DNA of 64,000 nucleotides, from positions 64,001-128,000 of the IMG/VR virus record IMGVR_UViG_3300028887_000075. One strand, given 5' to 3'. Every line of letters starts with the position of its first letter. Position 1 is the first letter of the stretch. Origin of the DNA: a virus. Its lineage: Duplodnaviria; Caudoviricetes. This document shows positions 55,684 through 64,000 of the stretch, piece by piece. The position numbers and the translations under genes are program-made. The notes under the pieces were generated by a model, which saw only the letters and a list, made by a program, of their open reading frames with translations, was not told where the DNA came from and made no database searches.

Positions 55684-56435
55684 AGATTGCCGGAATAGAC
55701 CCGTCGATGAACTCGTCAGGAAAGGTCATAATGGACCTGGACGACGAGACGTTCGACGTGAATGACATCCAGTTCTACGGGTACCAGCCGAAGCTGAACG
55801 CGGTTCTGGAGACCGAGCATGTCCATATCATGTGCAGCGGGACAGACTACGACAAGGTCCCGATGCTCGTAAGGCAGGAGCGGGCTATCAAGATTCTCGA
55901 GCGGGACATGGAGGATGTCAAGTACATCTCCTTCGAGGATTACGCCTACGAGAAGGCCAACGAGGGCAACAGCAACTCCATTTTCCAGATTGGGGAGTTC
56001 TGCGGGGCGTACCGGCGGCACTTCTACCTGCAGGGGAAGGGCATCATAACCTACGGTATATGCCAGATTAAGCACTTTGCCACCGGGAACGGGGACGCCA
56101 ACAAGATTGCCATGTGTGAGGCCATGAAGGCGGTCTACCCCCAGTTCTACTATCCGGAGTTTGAGCAGTTCCCCAAGCAGTACGAGAGTCCGCATTCCGA
56201 CCTTTGCGATGCCTTCTGGATGTGCGAGATACTCCGTAACCACATCAAGTATGATATTTTGGGACCGGAGAGCCTCCCGGAGGACACCCTGGCGCTGATG
56301 CGGTTCCATACTGCCAAGAAACAGTACGATACCAGGGCGTTGGTGGACTATTCCATGGTGAGAATGGCCGACTGGCCGGTGGATTTGGAACTTCTTACCC
56401 ATCGGAAGAAGCCGAAAAGGAAGAAAAAGGCGTAG
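55680..56435 (+). CDS. RuvC-like Holliday junction resolvase
   Basis: IAGIDPSMNSSG, FEDYAY, K.FATGNG.ANK..M, DLCDAF. Confidence 0.75.
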   Translation: MKIAGIDPSMNSSGKVIMDLDDETFDVNDIQFYGYQPKLNAVLETEHVHIMCSGTDYDKVPMLVRQERAIKILERDMEDVKYISFEDYAYEKANEGNSNSIFQIGEFCGAYRRHFYLQGKGIITYGICQIKHFATGNGDANKIAMCEAMKAVYPQFYYPEFEQFPKQYESPHSDLCDAFWMCEILRNHIKYDILGPESLPEDTLALMRFHTAKKQYDTRALVDYSMVRMADWPVDLELLTHRKKPKRKKKA

Positions 56436-56469
56436 TTTTCCGTATGGATATGAACCATACGGTACTACG

Positions 56470-57153
56470 ATGGCCTACACTGTCGAAGAAGACGAAAAAA
56501 TAGACGGCGACCCGCAGGAAACTGACGGTGTGAACCGTGAAGACGAGATTGACACCTCGGGCAAGAGGAGCAAGCTGGGCGACAAGGACATCGCCCACGA
56601 GATTGACGAGTTCCTGAAGAAGCCCAGGTTCCCCGGTGACATCTGTATCACCTTGAAGATGCCCGACAACTACCTGAAGAAGGCACGGGACAAGCTCAAC
56701 CTAGCACTCTGGAACGCATACCGCAAGTACGCAAGGACGGTAACCCGTACTGACCGCTACGGTAACGAGTACGAGGTACCGGGCTTCGGCATGTTCGACA
56801 TACTTATTACGCTCGATTCCTACGTAGACCCGGTAAAGCTCAGTGCAGTGCTTGACAACGACATCAAGCAGAAGGTTGCCGAGGAGCGCGGCATCAGGAT
56901 TTCCGATGACGAACTCGAATATGTGGCGAAGCACCCGGGAACTGCCAGGGCGGACAAGGACTCCCCGGATATAGTGGAATGTCCCGAGTGCCACGGTACC
57001 GGAGAGGTGGACGGTGAGGAATGTTCCCTCTGTCTTGGACAGGGCAAGGTCGCCCGTGTTGTGGACGATGTTCCGGCAGTCGAAGCCGACGATGACGAAC
57101 TCGACCTCGCACAACTGGACAGCATGATGCTGAGGACACTGAAGAATGGCTAG
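56470..57153 (+). CDS. Hypothetical protein with DnaJ-type zinc finger
   Basis: CPECHGTG...CSLCLGQG. Confidence 0.7.
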   Translation: MAYTVEEDEKIDGDPQETDGVNREDEIDTSGKRSKLGDKDIAHEIDEFLKKPRFPGDICITLKMPDNYLKKARDKLNLALWNAYRKYARTVTRTDRYGNEYEVPGFGMFDILITLDSYVDPVKLSAVLDNDIKQKVAEERGIRISDDELEYVAKHPGTARADKDSPDIVECPECHGTGEVDGEECSLCLGQGKVARVVDDVPAVEADDDELDLAQLDSMMLRTLKNG

Positions 57154-57808
57154 GTTCAAGTTCCCTAAATACGCCGATACCCTCCGGGAGGAGAACGAGG
57201 AGTTCGAGAAGATGTTCGCCGGCAGGGAAGAGGAAATCAAGTCCCAGACGGCGCTCATAGTCAATGGCGACCTGGAGGCTGCCGGCCATAACCAGCTCGT
57301 AGTCACGGAGAAGGCCAAGAACTGGCTCGCGAAGCTCCGGGAGGAACACCACAACCCGATGATTGGCAAGGACTACATGATGCGTGCCCCGGAATTTGAG
57401 AGAGATTCCGAGGAAGTATCCAAGTCGGAATGCATGAGCGACGCCGAGGCCGACAAGATTCTCACCGTGCAGGACGATAAGAACGAGAACGTGCGCCATA
57501 TCGACGACGACTTTAACCCGAACATCACCGAGGTCGAGCTGTCCCATGACGAGGTTTCCCGTCGGTTCGTGGAGGCCTGCATCATCGACAACACGACCCA
57601 GAAGTGCATCGACTGGAAGTTCGAGGACATCCTGTCGGAATGCGCGGCTGAACTTGAGAAGGAATTCGGCAAGGAAGACTACAAGATTCCGGATGATTTC
57701 GACCAGCTGGTCGAGGCTTCCCTGGAAAAAGCGGAGAAAATGCAGCTTATCGGCATGGAAACCGCCCCGAAAATCGCCATTCCGCACCTCAATGACGAAA
57801 AAAAGTAG
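57146..57808 (+). CDS. Acidic hypothetical protein
   Basis: Coupled ORF. Confidence 0.65.
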   Translation: MARFKFPKYADTLREENEEFEKMFAGREEEIKSQTALIVNGDLEAAGHNQLVVTEKAKNWLAKLREEHHNPMIGKDYMMRAPEFERDSEEVSKSECMSDAEADKILTVQDDKNENVRHIDDDFNPNITEVELSHDEVSRRFVEACIIDNTTQKCIDWKFEDILSECAAELEKEFGKEDYKIPDDFDQLVEASLEKAEKMQLIGMETAPKIAIPHLNDEKK

Positions 57809-57939
57809 CCGAGTGGCACTTTTTGACAACGCATTTTGCTATATTTACTCGTGAACCGTTAGCCGGGCATGCTAGACGGCTATCGGTTTAATGTAAAACC
57901 GGTTAGAAACAAGGCCTTGAAGGGGCCTAGGAAACTGCT

Positions 57940-59364
57940 ATGACAAACACACCAAACACAATGCAAGCAAATGGCGGTATGCTTTCTGTTACCGCCCCCG
58001 CAGCACCCACGGCAGCACCGGGTGCAAACCGCTCAGCCAACAAGGACGAACGCATGTGGCGCCCGGTTGTCACCAAGGACAACCCGGAATACGTTGCGGT
58101 AATCCGTACGCTTCCCAAGGGCCGCGACCTTAACGCCTATCCGGCAGTGTGCGTCCTCGTCCACCGCATACGCGACATGGTCACGGGCAAGGTGCTCTAC
58201 GACAAGTGCTGCAAGAACAACCCGAACGTCCGCACCTGCCCCTACTGCGAGGATGCGTGGGGACGCTACAACGAGGCCAAGAAGCGCCCGGGCATCACCA
58301 AGGAACAGCTCGGCAAGTTCCTCCAGCAGACTGCCGACGAGGAATGGTGGCAGAATATCTATGTCCGCCAGGACCAGAACCATCCGGAACTCAACGGTAC
58401 AGTGAAGGTCTGGGCGATGAGCCGCGGACAGCACAACCGCTTCCAGAAGCCGGTCGACAACTGGAACGCCAAGCACGACCCATCCAAGCAGGTACCTGGC
58501 GCAATCAATGTCGATACAGGTGACGACTTTATCCCGTACGACCCGATGCAGGGCCGTGACTACTACATCGCCGGCAAGTGGGATGCCGAGAAGTCTTACG
58601 GTGGTCGCCGCAAGGGCGCCCCGACCTATGACGGAAGCACTTTCGTCAAGGACTCCACCCCGCTCGCCTACCAGATGGTCCAGGACCCGAACACGGGCAT
58701 GGTCGTCTACCAACCCGACCAGAACCAGATGCTCGCCATCCTCGACCAGTGCCATGACCTGAGCTTCGCATACGACAATATCCCGACCCCGGAACAGGCT
58801 ACGGCTAACCTCGCCCAGTTCTGGGACGAGTGTGCCAAGGCCGCCGCAGAACGCCAGCAGTACGGTGGCGCCCGCGGTGCCGGCAACCAGGGCTACCAGC
58901 AGCCCCAGCAGCCGCTCTACGGCCAGGCTCCGGCCAACTACGGTGCACAGCCGTTCGCTACCGGTATGCCCGGTGTTCCGCAGAACAACATCCCGCAGGT
59001 CCCGAGCAACGCCAACATCAGCATGTCGTCCGACCCGGCTGCATTCATGGGCCAGGCCGCCCAGATGCCTCCCCCGATTCCCGAGGCTGCCGCTCCGGCT
59101 ACCCCGGCTTTCGCCCAGGCACCTATCCCGGCAACCATGCCCGGCCCGATGGCTACACCTACCGCTCCGGCAGCTCCCGCAGCACCCTCGTTCGTGCCCC
59201 CGGCAGCCCCGGCAGCACCCGCTGCTCCTACAGCCCCGTCCTTTGTGCCACCGGCAGCACCTCCCGTGCAGCAGCCGATGACGCAGTTCGCACAGCCGGC
59301 TGCACCGCAGGCTAACCCGGCTCCTATCGTGGAGACGGATAGCGACGAAGACCTCCCGTTTTAA
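57940..59364 (+). CDS. T4 gp32-like single-stranded DNA-binding protein with long Pro/Ala/Gln tail
   Basis: DERMW.P, AVIR.LP, CPYCE, NIYV..D..HPE.NG.V.VW, YDP..G, YD.S.F; ends DSDEDLPF. Confidence 0.82.
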   Translation: MTNTPNTMQANGGMLSVTAPAAPTAAPGANRSANKDERMWRPVVTKDNPEYVAVIRTLPKGRDLNAYPAVCVLVHRIRDMVTGKVLYDKCCKNNPNVRTCPYCEDAWGRYNEAKKRPGITKEQLGKFLQQTADEEWWQNIYVRQDQNHPELNGTVKVWAMSRGQHNRFQKPVDNWNAKHDPSKQVPGAINVDTGDDFIPYDPMQGRDYYIAGKWDAEKSYGGRRKGAPTYDGSTFVKDSTPLAYQMVQDPNTGMVVYQPDQNQMLAILDQCHDLSFAYDNIPTPEQATANLAQFWDECAKAAAERQQYGGARGAGNQGYQQPQQPLYGQAPANYGAQPFATGMPGVPQNNIPQVPSNANISMSSDPAAFMGQAAQMPPPIPEAAAPATPAFAQAPIPATMPGPMATPTAPAAPAAPSFVPPAAPAAPAAPTAPSFVPPAAPPVQQPMTQFAQPAAPQANPAPIVETDSDEDLPF

Positions 59365-59423
59365 TTTGTATGTAATGACTCGTAAGTCAATACGACGGAT
59401 TATAGCGAAAATCTGACCATTTA

Positions 59424-59458
59424 GGGACCGGCATCAACTTGCCGGCCCCTTCTTTTTT
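59424..59458 (+). terminator. Intrinsic terminator after the SSB gene
   Basis: GGGACCGGCA...TGCCGGCCCC stem followed by TTCTTTTTT. Confidence 0.65.
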
Positions 59459-59468
59459 GCTATATTTG
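59457..59468 (+). promoter_or_regulatory. TTGCTATATTTG promoter motif
   Basis: Exact motif 8 nt before the primase ATG. Confidence 0.7.
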
Positions 59469-59476
59469 GTTCAAGA

Positions 59477-60643
59477 ATGGCAATAAGTTTCGACGACATA
59501 CCCGCGTCGGTGTACGACTCGTTCATACACGAGCAGTTCGAGCAGTATGCCCTGGATGACTCCCATCCGGGGTTCTACAACTTCGTATGTCCGAATCCCG
59601 AGTGCGGGGACATGAACTTCCCTAACAAGAAGAAGGCGTATATCTATACCGATACCTGGCTCTATGTGTGCTGGAAGTGCGGTGAGCGCATGCATTTCGC
59701 CCGGTGGCTGAAGGAGCATGACGAGCAGGCATACCAGCGGCTCCTGTTCATGGCCTTCGGAAATGACCGTGGCCAGAAGAAGGAGGCGCCCTCCCCGAGA
59801 CCAGAGAGGAAACTGGATGCCACCCTCCCGTTCAAGGACGGGGAACTGATGTCCATTTACGACAGCGACCCTCTTGCACAGGCGGCGCTTGCCCTGTGCC
59901 GCTCCCGGAGAATCCGGGAGGAGGTATACTCGGAGTGGTTTGTGTGCCGCCAGGGCGAGCAGTTCTACGACCGGGACGAGGCAGGCAACATAAAGTATGA
60001 TGACTATGGCCGTCCGAAGGGAAACGATTACAGGAACCGCATAATCATCCCGTTCTACAAGTTCGGCGGCAAGTGGGGCCAGTTCGACGCCCGTGCGATA
60101 GACCCGAACAACCCACTCCGCTACCGGAACTTTACCGGTGTCAAGCGCGGTGCCTACAATATCGACTTCATCAACTACTCCGAGACAATCTACATTCTCG
60201 AGGGTACGATAGACTCTACCTTTATCCGCAACTCCATTGCCATTGGCGGCATCCCGCACTTCGGCGAGGTGATTGCCGAGAATCCGCAGCTTGCTGCCGC
60301 CAAGGACAGGATAGTTGTGCTGTGGGATAATGACCCGGAAGGGCGCAAGGCGAGAACGGGAACTACCTGTGACCAGGGGTACAAGTGGTTCTCCTGGGAC
60401 GGGATACACAGCAAGGACGTGAACGGGGCGGTGATGTCCGGGGAGTTCCCGGTGGATGCCGACGGTTTCGTCGATAGTAATTTTCTGAAGTCCCGCACGA
60501 GGGACCCAGAAGGGGCGAGTATCCTGTTCACCATGAAGTACGGCAACATGAAGAAGGAGGCTTCGAGGAAGCGGTTCGACGCACTGAAGGCATTCCGCGA
60601 GGGACGGGCGAAGCCGAACAACCGTCCGGAGGTTCTGTTCTGA
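59477..60643 (+). CDS. T4 gp61-like DNA primase
   Basis: NF.CP..CGD...K.AY...CWKC Zn finger, RIIIPF, YILEG.IDS.F, TOPRIM WDND, KDVN. Confidence 0.88.
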   Translation: MAISFDDIPASVYDSFIHEQFEQYALDDSHPGFYNFVCPNPECGDMNFPNKKKAYIYTDTWLYVCWKCGERMHFARWLKEHDEQAYQRLLFMAFGNDRGQKKEAPSPRPERKLDATLPFKDGELMSIYDSDPLAQAALALCRSRRIREEVYSEWFVCRQGEQFYDRDEAGNIKYDDYGRPKGNDYRNRIIIPFYKFGGKWGQFDARAIDPNNPLRYRNFTGVKRGAYNIDFINYSETIYILEGTIDSTFIRNSIAIGGIPHFGEVIAENPQLAAAKDRIVVLWDNDPEGRKARTGTTCDQGYKWFSWDGIHSKDVNGAVMSGEFPVDADGFVDSNFLKSRTRDPEGASILFTMKYGNMKKEASRKRFDALKAFREGRAKPNNRPEVLF

Positions 60644-62679
60644 TGGCTAACGTACTCGTGCAGGCATACAGGAACCGGTTCCTCGACCGTGAGTTCATAG
60701 ACTACAACTTCATTACCAGGATTACCCATATCCCGTCCGAGCAGTTGAAGCGCCTAGGAGTATTTGACGGGCTTCCTTACAGGTATGACCCGCAGGGGCA
60801 CAAGGAGTTCCGCATGACGGACGCCATGTCCGCCCTTGCCAAGGCGAAGCTTACTCCGCCAGACAACCTGCACCCGCTGTACGAGTTCAGTGTAGCCCAG
60901 GCGATGAACGAGCTCCGCATCAAGCCGGAGTCGGTAAATGCGCTGATAAAGAGCGGGAAGCTCCGTACGCATGTTTCGGAATATGACAATTACCGCAAGA
61001 TTTACCGCAAGGACCTGGAATATTACCGGCGGAACTGGGACCCGGTGTATCTTGCTGAATTCATGAAGGTTCCTCTCCGTAGGAGCATGGCCGCGCTCAT
61101 AATGGGAATCCGTGCATCGACCATATGGAGGCTAGAAAGGACAAAAGCAATTACACCCATGCCCAGGAAGAAGGGCGAACGGGTAAAGTACAGCAAGGCC
61201 GAGGTACTGAGGTACCTGCATAGCCGGAAGGTGCGCGTGTACCGGAAAGACCCGCTGCCCGAATACATGAACTCCGAGCTGGCTCTGGTATATTCCGGGT
61301 TCTCCACCAGTAAGTTCAAGCAGCTTAGCGATGTAAAGCGGCTGAATGCTGAATGGCATACGTTCCCGGACGGGAAGAAGATGTGGGTATACAGCAAGGC
61401 AAGGATTGACCAGATTCGGGAAGAGGAACTAGCTCGGGAATATTACTGTGAGGGACTGCCTTACTATACACGTAGGGCAATCAAGTACAAGTTCTTCAAG
61501 ACTGACCGGTGGGTGGACATGTTCATCGTAGGTAAATGCCGCCGGATGCACGACAAGAAGAGAATACTGTCCCCTGACGAAAAAGGCGTGTCATCGCAGG
61601 GATGGGTCAAGGAGGACGTGGAGCAGGTGGTCGCGTCAGGCGTCGACTTCAAGTTCAGGAAGAAACAGAAGCCACTGTCCCGCGTTACCCGCAAGTACAT
61701 GAGAGTCGTAGCAGTGGCCAAGCCGCCGGTAGCGTTCTCCTCCCCGGTCGAACAGATGGAGGAGGCAATCCGGCTGGCACTGGATGAGAAGGCGGAAAAG
61801 AAGAAGAAACACATGGCCGACATAAGGGAAAAGATGAACTATACGATGGCCAGACGCAATGCAATCCGCAATATCCTCACGACAGGCGCATCCAACACCC
61901 CGATGATTCCGTCCAGGAATGACTTCCTCAGGTATGCTACTGACCGGCAGATTGTCACGTTCATGATATCGACCGACGGAAAGTCCGGGAGATACCGAGA
62001 ATATCCGCATACCAAGGAAGAGAGAATTTTCAAGGCCAGGCCGGGACGTAACCTGGGCAGGCGCAAGATAGCCCCGGTATTCGCACGTGCAATCCTGAAC
62101 GTGCTGACCACATACAACAGGTACAATTTTGAGAAGATACCCGCATGGGTTGTATTGGTGTCATCCACCTCCATGATTACTGACCCGATGTTCCATAGCA
62201 AGCTAGCCGCGGTCCCGGATAATGTAGGGGCGGTAGGTCCGTTCGGGTACGGATACATACTTCCGGACGGTTCGTGGGATGCCTGTTCGGAGACATACGG
62301 GAGTTACTGGGTGTACAGCGAAATTACCGGGGAGAACCGGAAGGTGGAAGGACTATCGTCGACCTCGGGTAGTCACCGGGTTGACATGCTCGACGGTCCG
62401 TTCATTGCCATACGGGGAGAGTACCTGCAGGAACTTACATCGATGAGGTATTTCATGCAGCTGGGCGATGCACGAGGTCTCCTGGCACCCACAGTATCCG
62501 CTATAATCAGGAGGCATGGAATACCTATGATGCAGATACCGGTAGATTGCTGGGCAAGCGCGGAGTTCGAGGTAAGGCCGGGTACACCCGAGATGAACCT
62601 GGCAATAGAGCGAATTACACGTTTCGTCAGTCTGAACGAAGCAGAACTTAATGCATTCCTAAAGAAAAAGAAGGTATAG
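60643..62679 (+). CDS. Multi-HTH (excisionase/MerR-like) protein with possible C-terminal glycosyltransferase-like domain
   Basis: Repeated short HTH-like units (SVAQAMNELRI...V.ALIKSGKL; AALIMGI..STIWR); C-terminal VGAVG..G...VDMLDGPFIAIR. Confidence 0.45.
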   Translation: MANVLVQAYRNRFLDREFIDYNFITRITHIPSEQLKRLGVFDGLPYRYDPQGHKEFRMTDAMSALAKAKLTPPDNLHPLYEFSVAQAMNELRIKPESVNALIKSGKLRTHVSEYDNYRKIYRKDLEYYRRNWDPVYLAEFMKVPLRRSMAALIMGIRASTIWRLERTKAITPMPRKKGERVKYSKAEVLRYLHSRKVRVYRKDPLPEYMNSELALVYSGFSTSKFKQLSDVKRLNAEWHTFPDGKKMWVYSKARIDQIREEELAREYYCEGLPYYTRRAIKYKFFKTDRWVDMFIVGKCRRMHDKKRILSPDEKGVSSQGWVKEDVEQVVASGVDFKFRKKQKPLSRVTRKYMRVVAVAKPPVAFSSPVEQMEEAIRLALDEKAEKKKKHMADIREKMNYTMARRNAIRNILTTGASNTPMIPSRNDFLRYATDRQIVTFMISTDGKSGRYREYPHTKEERIFKARPGRNLGRRKIAPVFARAILNVLTTYNRYNFEKIPAWVVLVSSTSMITDPMFHSKLAAVPDNVGAVGPFGYGYILPDGSWDACSETYGSYWVYSEITGENRKVEGLSSTSGSHRVDMLDGPFIAIRGEYLQELTSMRYFMQLGDARGLLAPTVSAIIRRHGIPMMQIPVDCWASAEFEVRPGTPEMNLAIERITRFVSLNEAELNAFLKKKKV

Positions 62680-62684
62680 CCACT

Positions 62685-63569
62685 ATGGAACCACAGATAA
62701 TCACAATGAGCCCGCAGTTCTTTGCACTGCTGAAGAAACTCACCATGGTAAGCAAGTCCAAGGCTACCGTGATGTTTAAGGCCAACGGCAGGTGCAGGAT
62801 TACCATACCTACGCCGGCTACGTTCCTTCACATATCGGCCGGACCGGCTGACCTTAACTTTGGTGGCAACGAGATATGTGTCGCAAACATGATGGAGTTC
62901 ATCAAGTTCTGCGAGCTGGTGGGATATCCCGGTACGGTGAACAGTAACGTCCAGGCGCTGGAACGGACGCTATCCAACGGGCATGTCTACCCGATGCTCC
63001 AGTTCATGAACGGCAACGATACCACTGCGACCCGCACGGCATACACGATTTGTGCCGACCCGACAAGGTTCGACAAGAAGGCCCGTCACGTTCCGGCTGA
63101 CCGCGACAAGGACATCATGAACTGCCTGTCAACCATTTCAATGGGCAAGGACGCACTGAAGACCTTCTGTGACGAGCTCAAGCTGGTTCCCGGCTGTCAG
63201 TTCGTATCCGTGGTGTTGAGCCATACGAAGGTGAAGATTTACATGAAGGGACGTACCGGACAGCAGATTACTGAGGACATCCCCAGGAACTGCACCCGCA
63301 TGGGTGCCGCCGACCTAATTGATGCCGCCTATGCCAGTTCTAAGGACAAGTACAGAAAGATTCCTGCCATGTACTTCACCATACTGAAGGGCATCGAGAC
63401 CGACTACGAGATTGAGGTTCGCCACATGAAGACCGAGGCCCGTGACAAGATTGCCCTGAAGGCGTTCTCTTCCCTGGCCGGAGCAGACCCGCAGGACCCG
63501 ATTTCCCTCTACGTGGCCGGCATGGAGAGCGACGGCGGTGAAATCAACCATGAGGCCCTGGTCGAATAA
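62685..63569 (+). CDS. Probable sliding clamp (T4 gp45-like)
   Basis: Size, position in the replication block and N-terminal MS.....LLK.L..VS.S..F pattern; weak. Confidence 0.4.
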   Translation: MEPQIITMSPQFFALLKKLTMVSKSKATVMFKANGRCRITIPTPATFLHISAGPADLNFGGNEICVANMMEFIKFCELVGYPGTVNSNVQALERTLSNGHVYPMLQFMNGNDTTATRTAYTICADPTRFDKKARHVPADRDKDIMNCLSTISMGKDALKTFCDELKLVPGCQFVSVVLSHTKVKIYMKGRTGQQITEDIPRNCTRMGAADLIDAAYASSKDKYRKIPAMYFTILKGIETDYEIEVRHMKTEARDKIALKAFSSLAGADPQDPISLYVAGMESDGGEINHEALVE

Positions 63570-63592
63570 GCCATAAACTACGGTAGTCGAAT

Positions 63593-64000
63593 ATGGACTG
63601 CCGTATGCAAATTGAACTTGATGATATCTTGCTTGAGGCCCTCGGTGAACTGCCGGACCTCCCGGAATCCCTCGTAGTCGCCCTGGTGGAAGGCGCCCAT
63701 GCCCTCACCGGTGGTATGCGCAAGTTCCGCCCCCTCACTCCCGAGGAGACCGATGCGGTTGTCGACTACCTGAGGGGCAACGCCGCCAGGCTTGGAACAC
63801 CGTTCAACGAGGCCGAAATCCGGGCAGATATCGCGAAGCATCCGGGAAAGTACCAGAATACCCTGGCGAACATCAAGAAGCGCCGGGAGATGCCGTCTGC
63901 CTTTGAAAGGAACATGCGCATAAAGCAGTCTGCTGACAGGAGGCAGGCCGAGGTGGACAACAAGGCGAAACGTTTCATCTACTATGCGGCCATCGTGGAG
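63593..64000 (+). CDS. Hypothetical protein, 3'-truncated by the window edge
   Basis: Open to the window end; ATAAACT at 63573-63579; N-terminal LPESLVVALVEGAHAL motif. Confidence 0.6.
   Translation, partial: MDCRMQIELDDILLEALGELPDLPESLVVALVEGAHALTGGMRKFRPLTPEETDAVVDYLRGNAARLGTPFNEAEIRADIAKHPGKYQNTLANIKKRREMPSAFERNMRIKQSADRRQAEVDNKAKRFIYYAAIVE

Noticed and set aside
57823-57845. Canonical sigma70 promoter TTGACA...TATATT before the SSB gene
   Set aside because: Spacing is only 11 nt; better explained by the TTGCTATATTT motif alone
1-64000. Many long antisense or alternative-frame ORFs in the track (e.g. 4912-6420-, 12377-13405-, 26109-27959+, 30955-32160-, 52552-53718-)
   Set aside because: They shadow motif-bearing genes and lack RBS or promoter support; expected from GC-rich third codon positions
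1-64000. Stop-codon reassignment, introns or inteins as seen in some jumbo phages
   Set aside because: Recognisable enzymes are uninterrupted and of near-normal length, and TAG, TGA and TAA all end genes next to the following start

Overview
64 kb segment of a large T4-like (probably jumbo) dsDNA phage. It has dense, translationally coupled genes in the standard genetic code. I saw no rRNA, tRNA or CRISPR array. The right end carries a T4-type replication/recombination block: UvsX/RecA, gp41-like helicase, RuvC-like resolvase, gp32-like SSB, gp61-like primase and a probable clamp. The left and middle carry an unusually rich set of cofactor and nucleic-acid repair genes. These are an Rnl1-type RNA ligase coupled to a complete four-enzyme deamidating NAD+ salvage cluster (pncB, nadD-Nudix fusion, pncA, nadE), NADAR, thymidylate kinase, UDP-galactopyranose mutase, a coaD-coaE pair, Thg1 and a second Nudix. 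Mobile DNA comprises a full IS200/IS605 element (tnpA+tnpB), a 264-nt protein-less derivative that keeps both ends, a promoter and the omegaRNA scaffold, and a palindrome made of two right ends. Also present are a ~1780-aa secreted cadherin-repeat protein and a nuclease-less, Walker-A-mutated terminase ATPase paralog. At least 18 copies of a TTGCTATATTT(G/A) promoter motif occur, often abutting ATG (leaderless). A second motif, ATAAACT, precedes genes whose products share an AL..G(Y/F)..I.E peptide. GATC appears strongly avoided. All calls come from motif recognition by eye without database searches. The host guess (FCB group, Fibrobacter-like gut anaerobe) is inference only.
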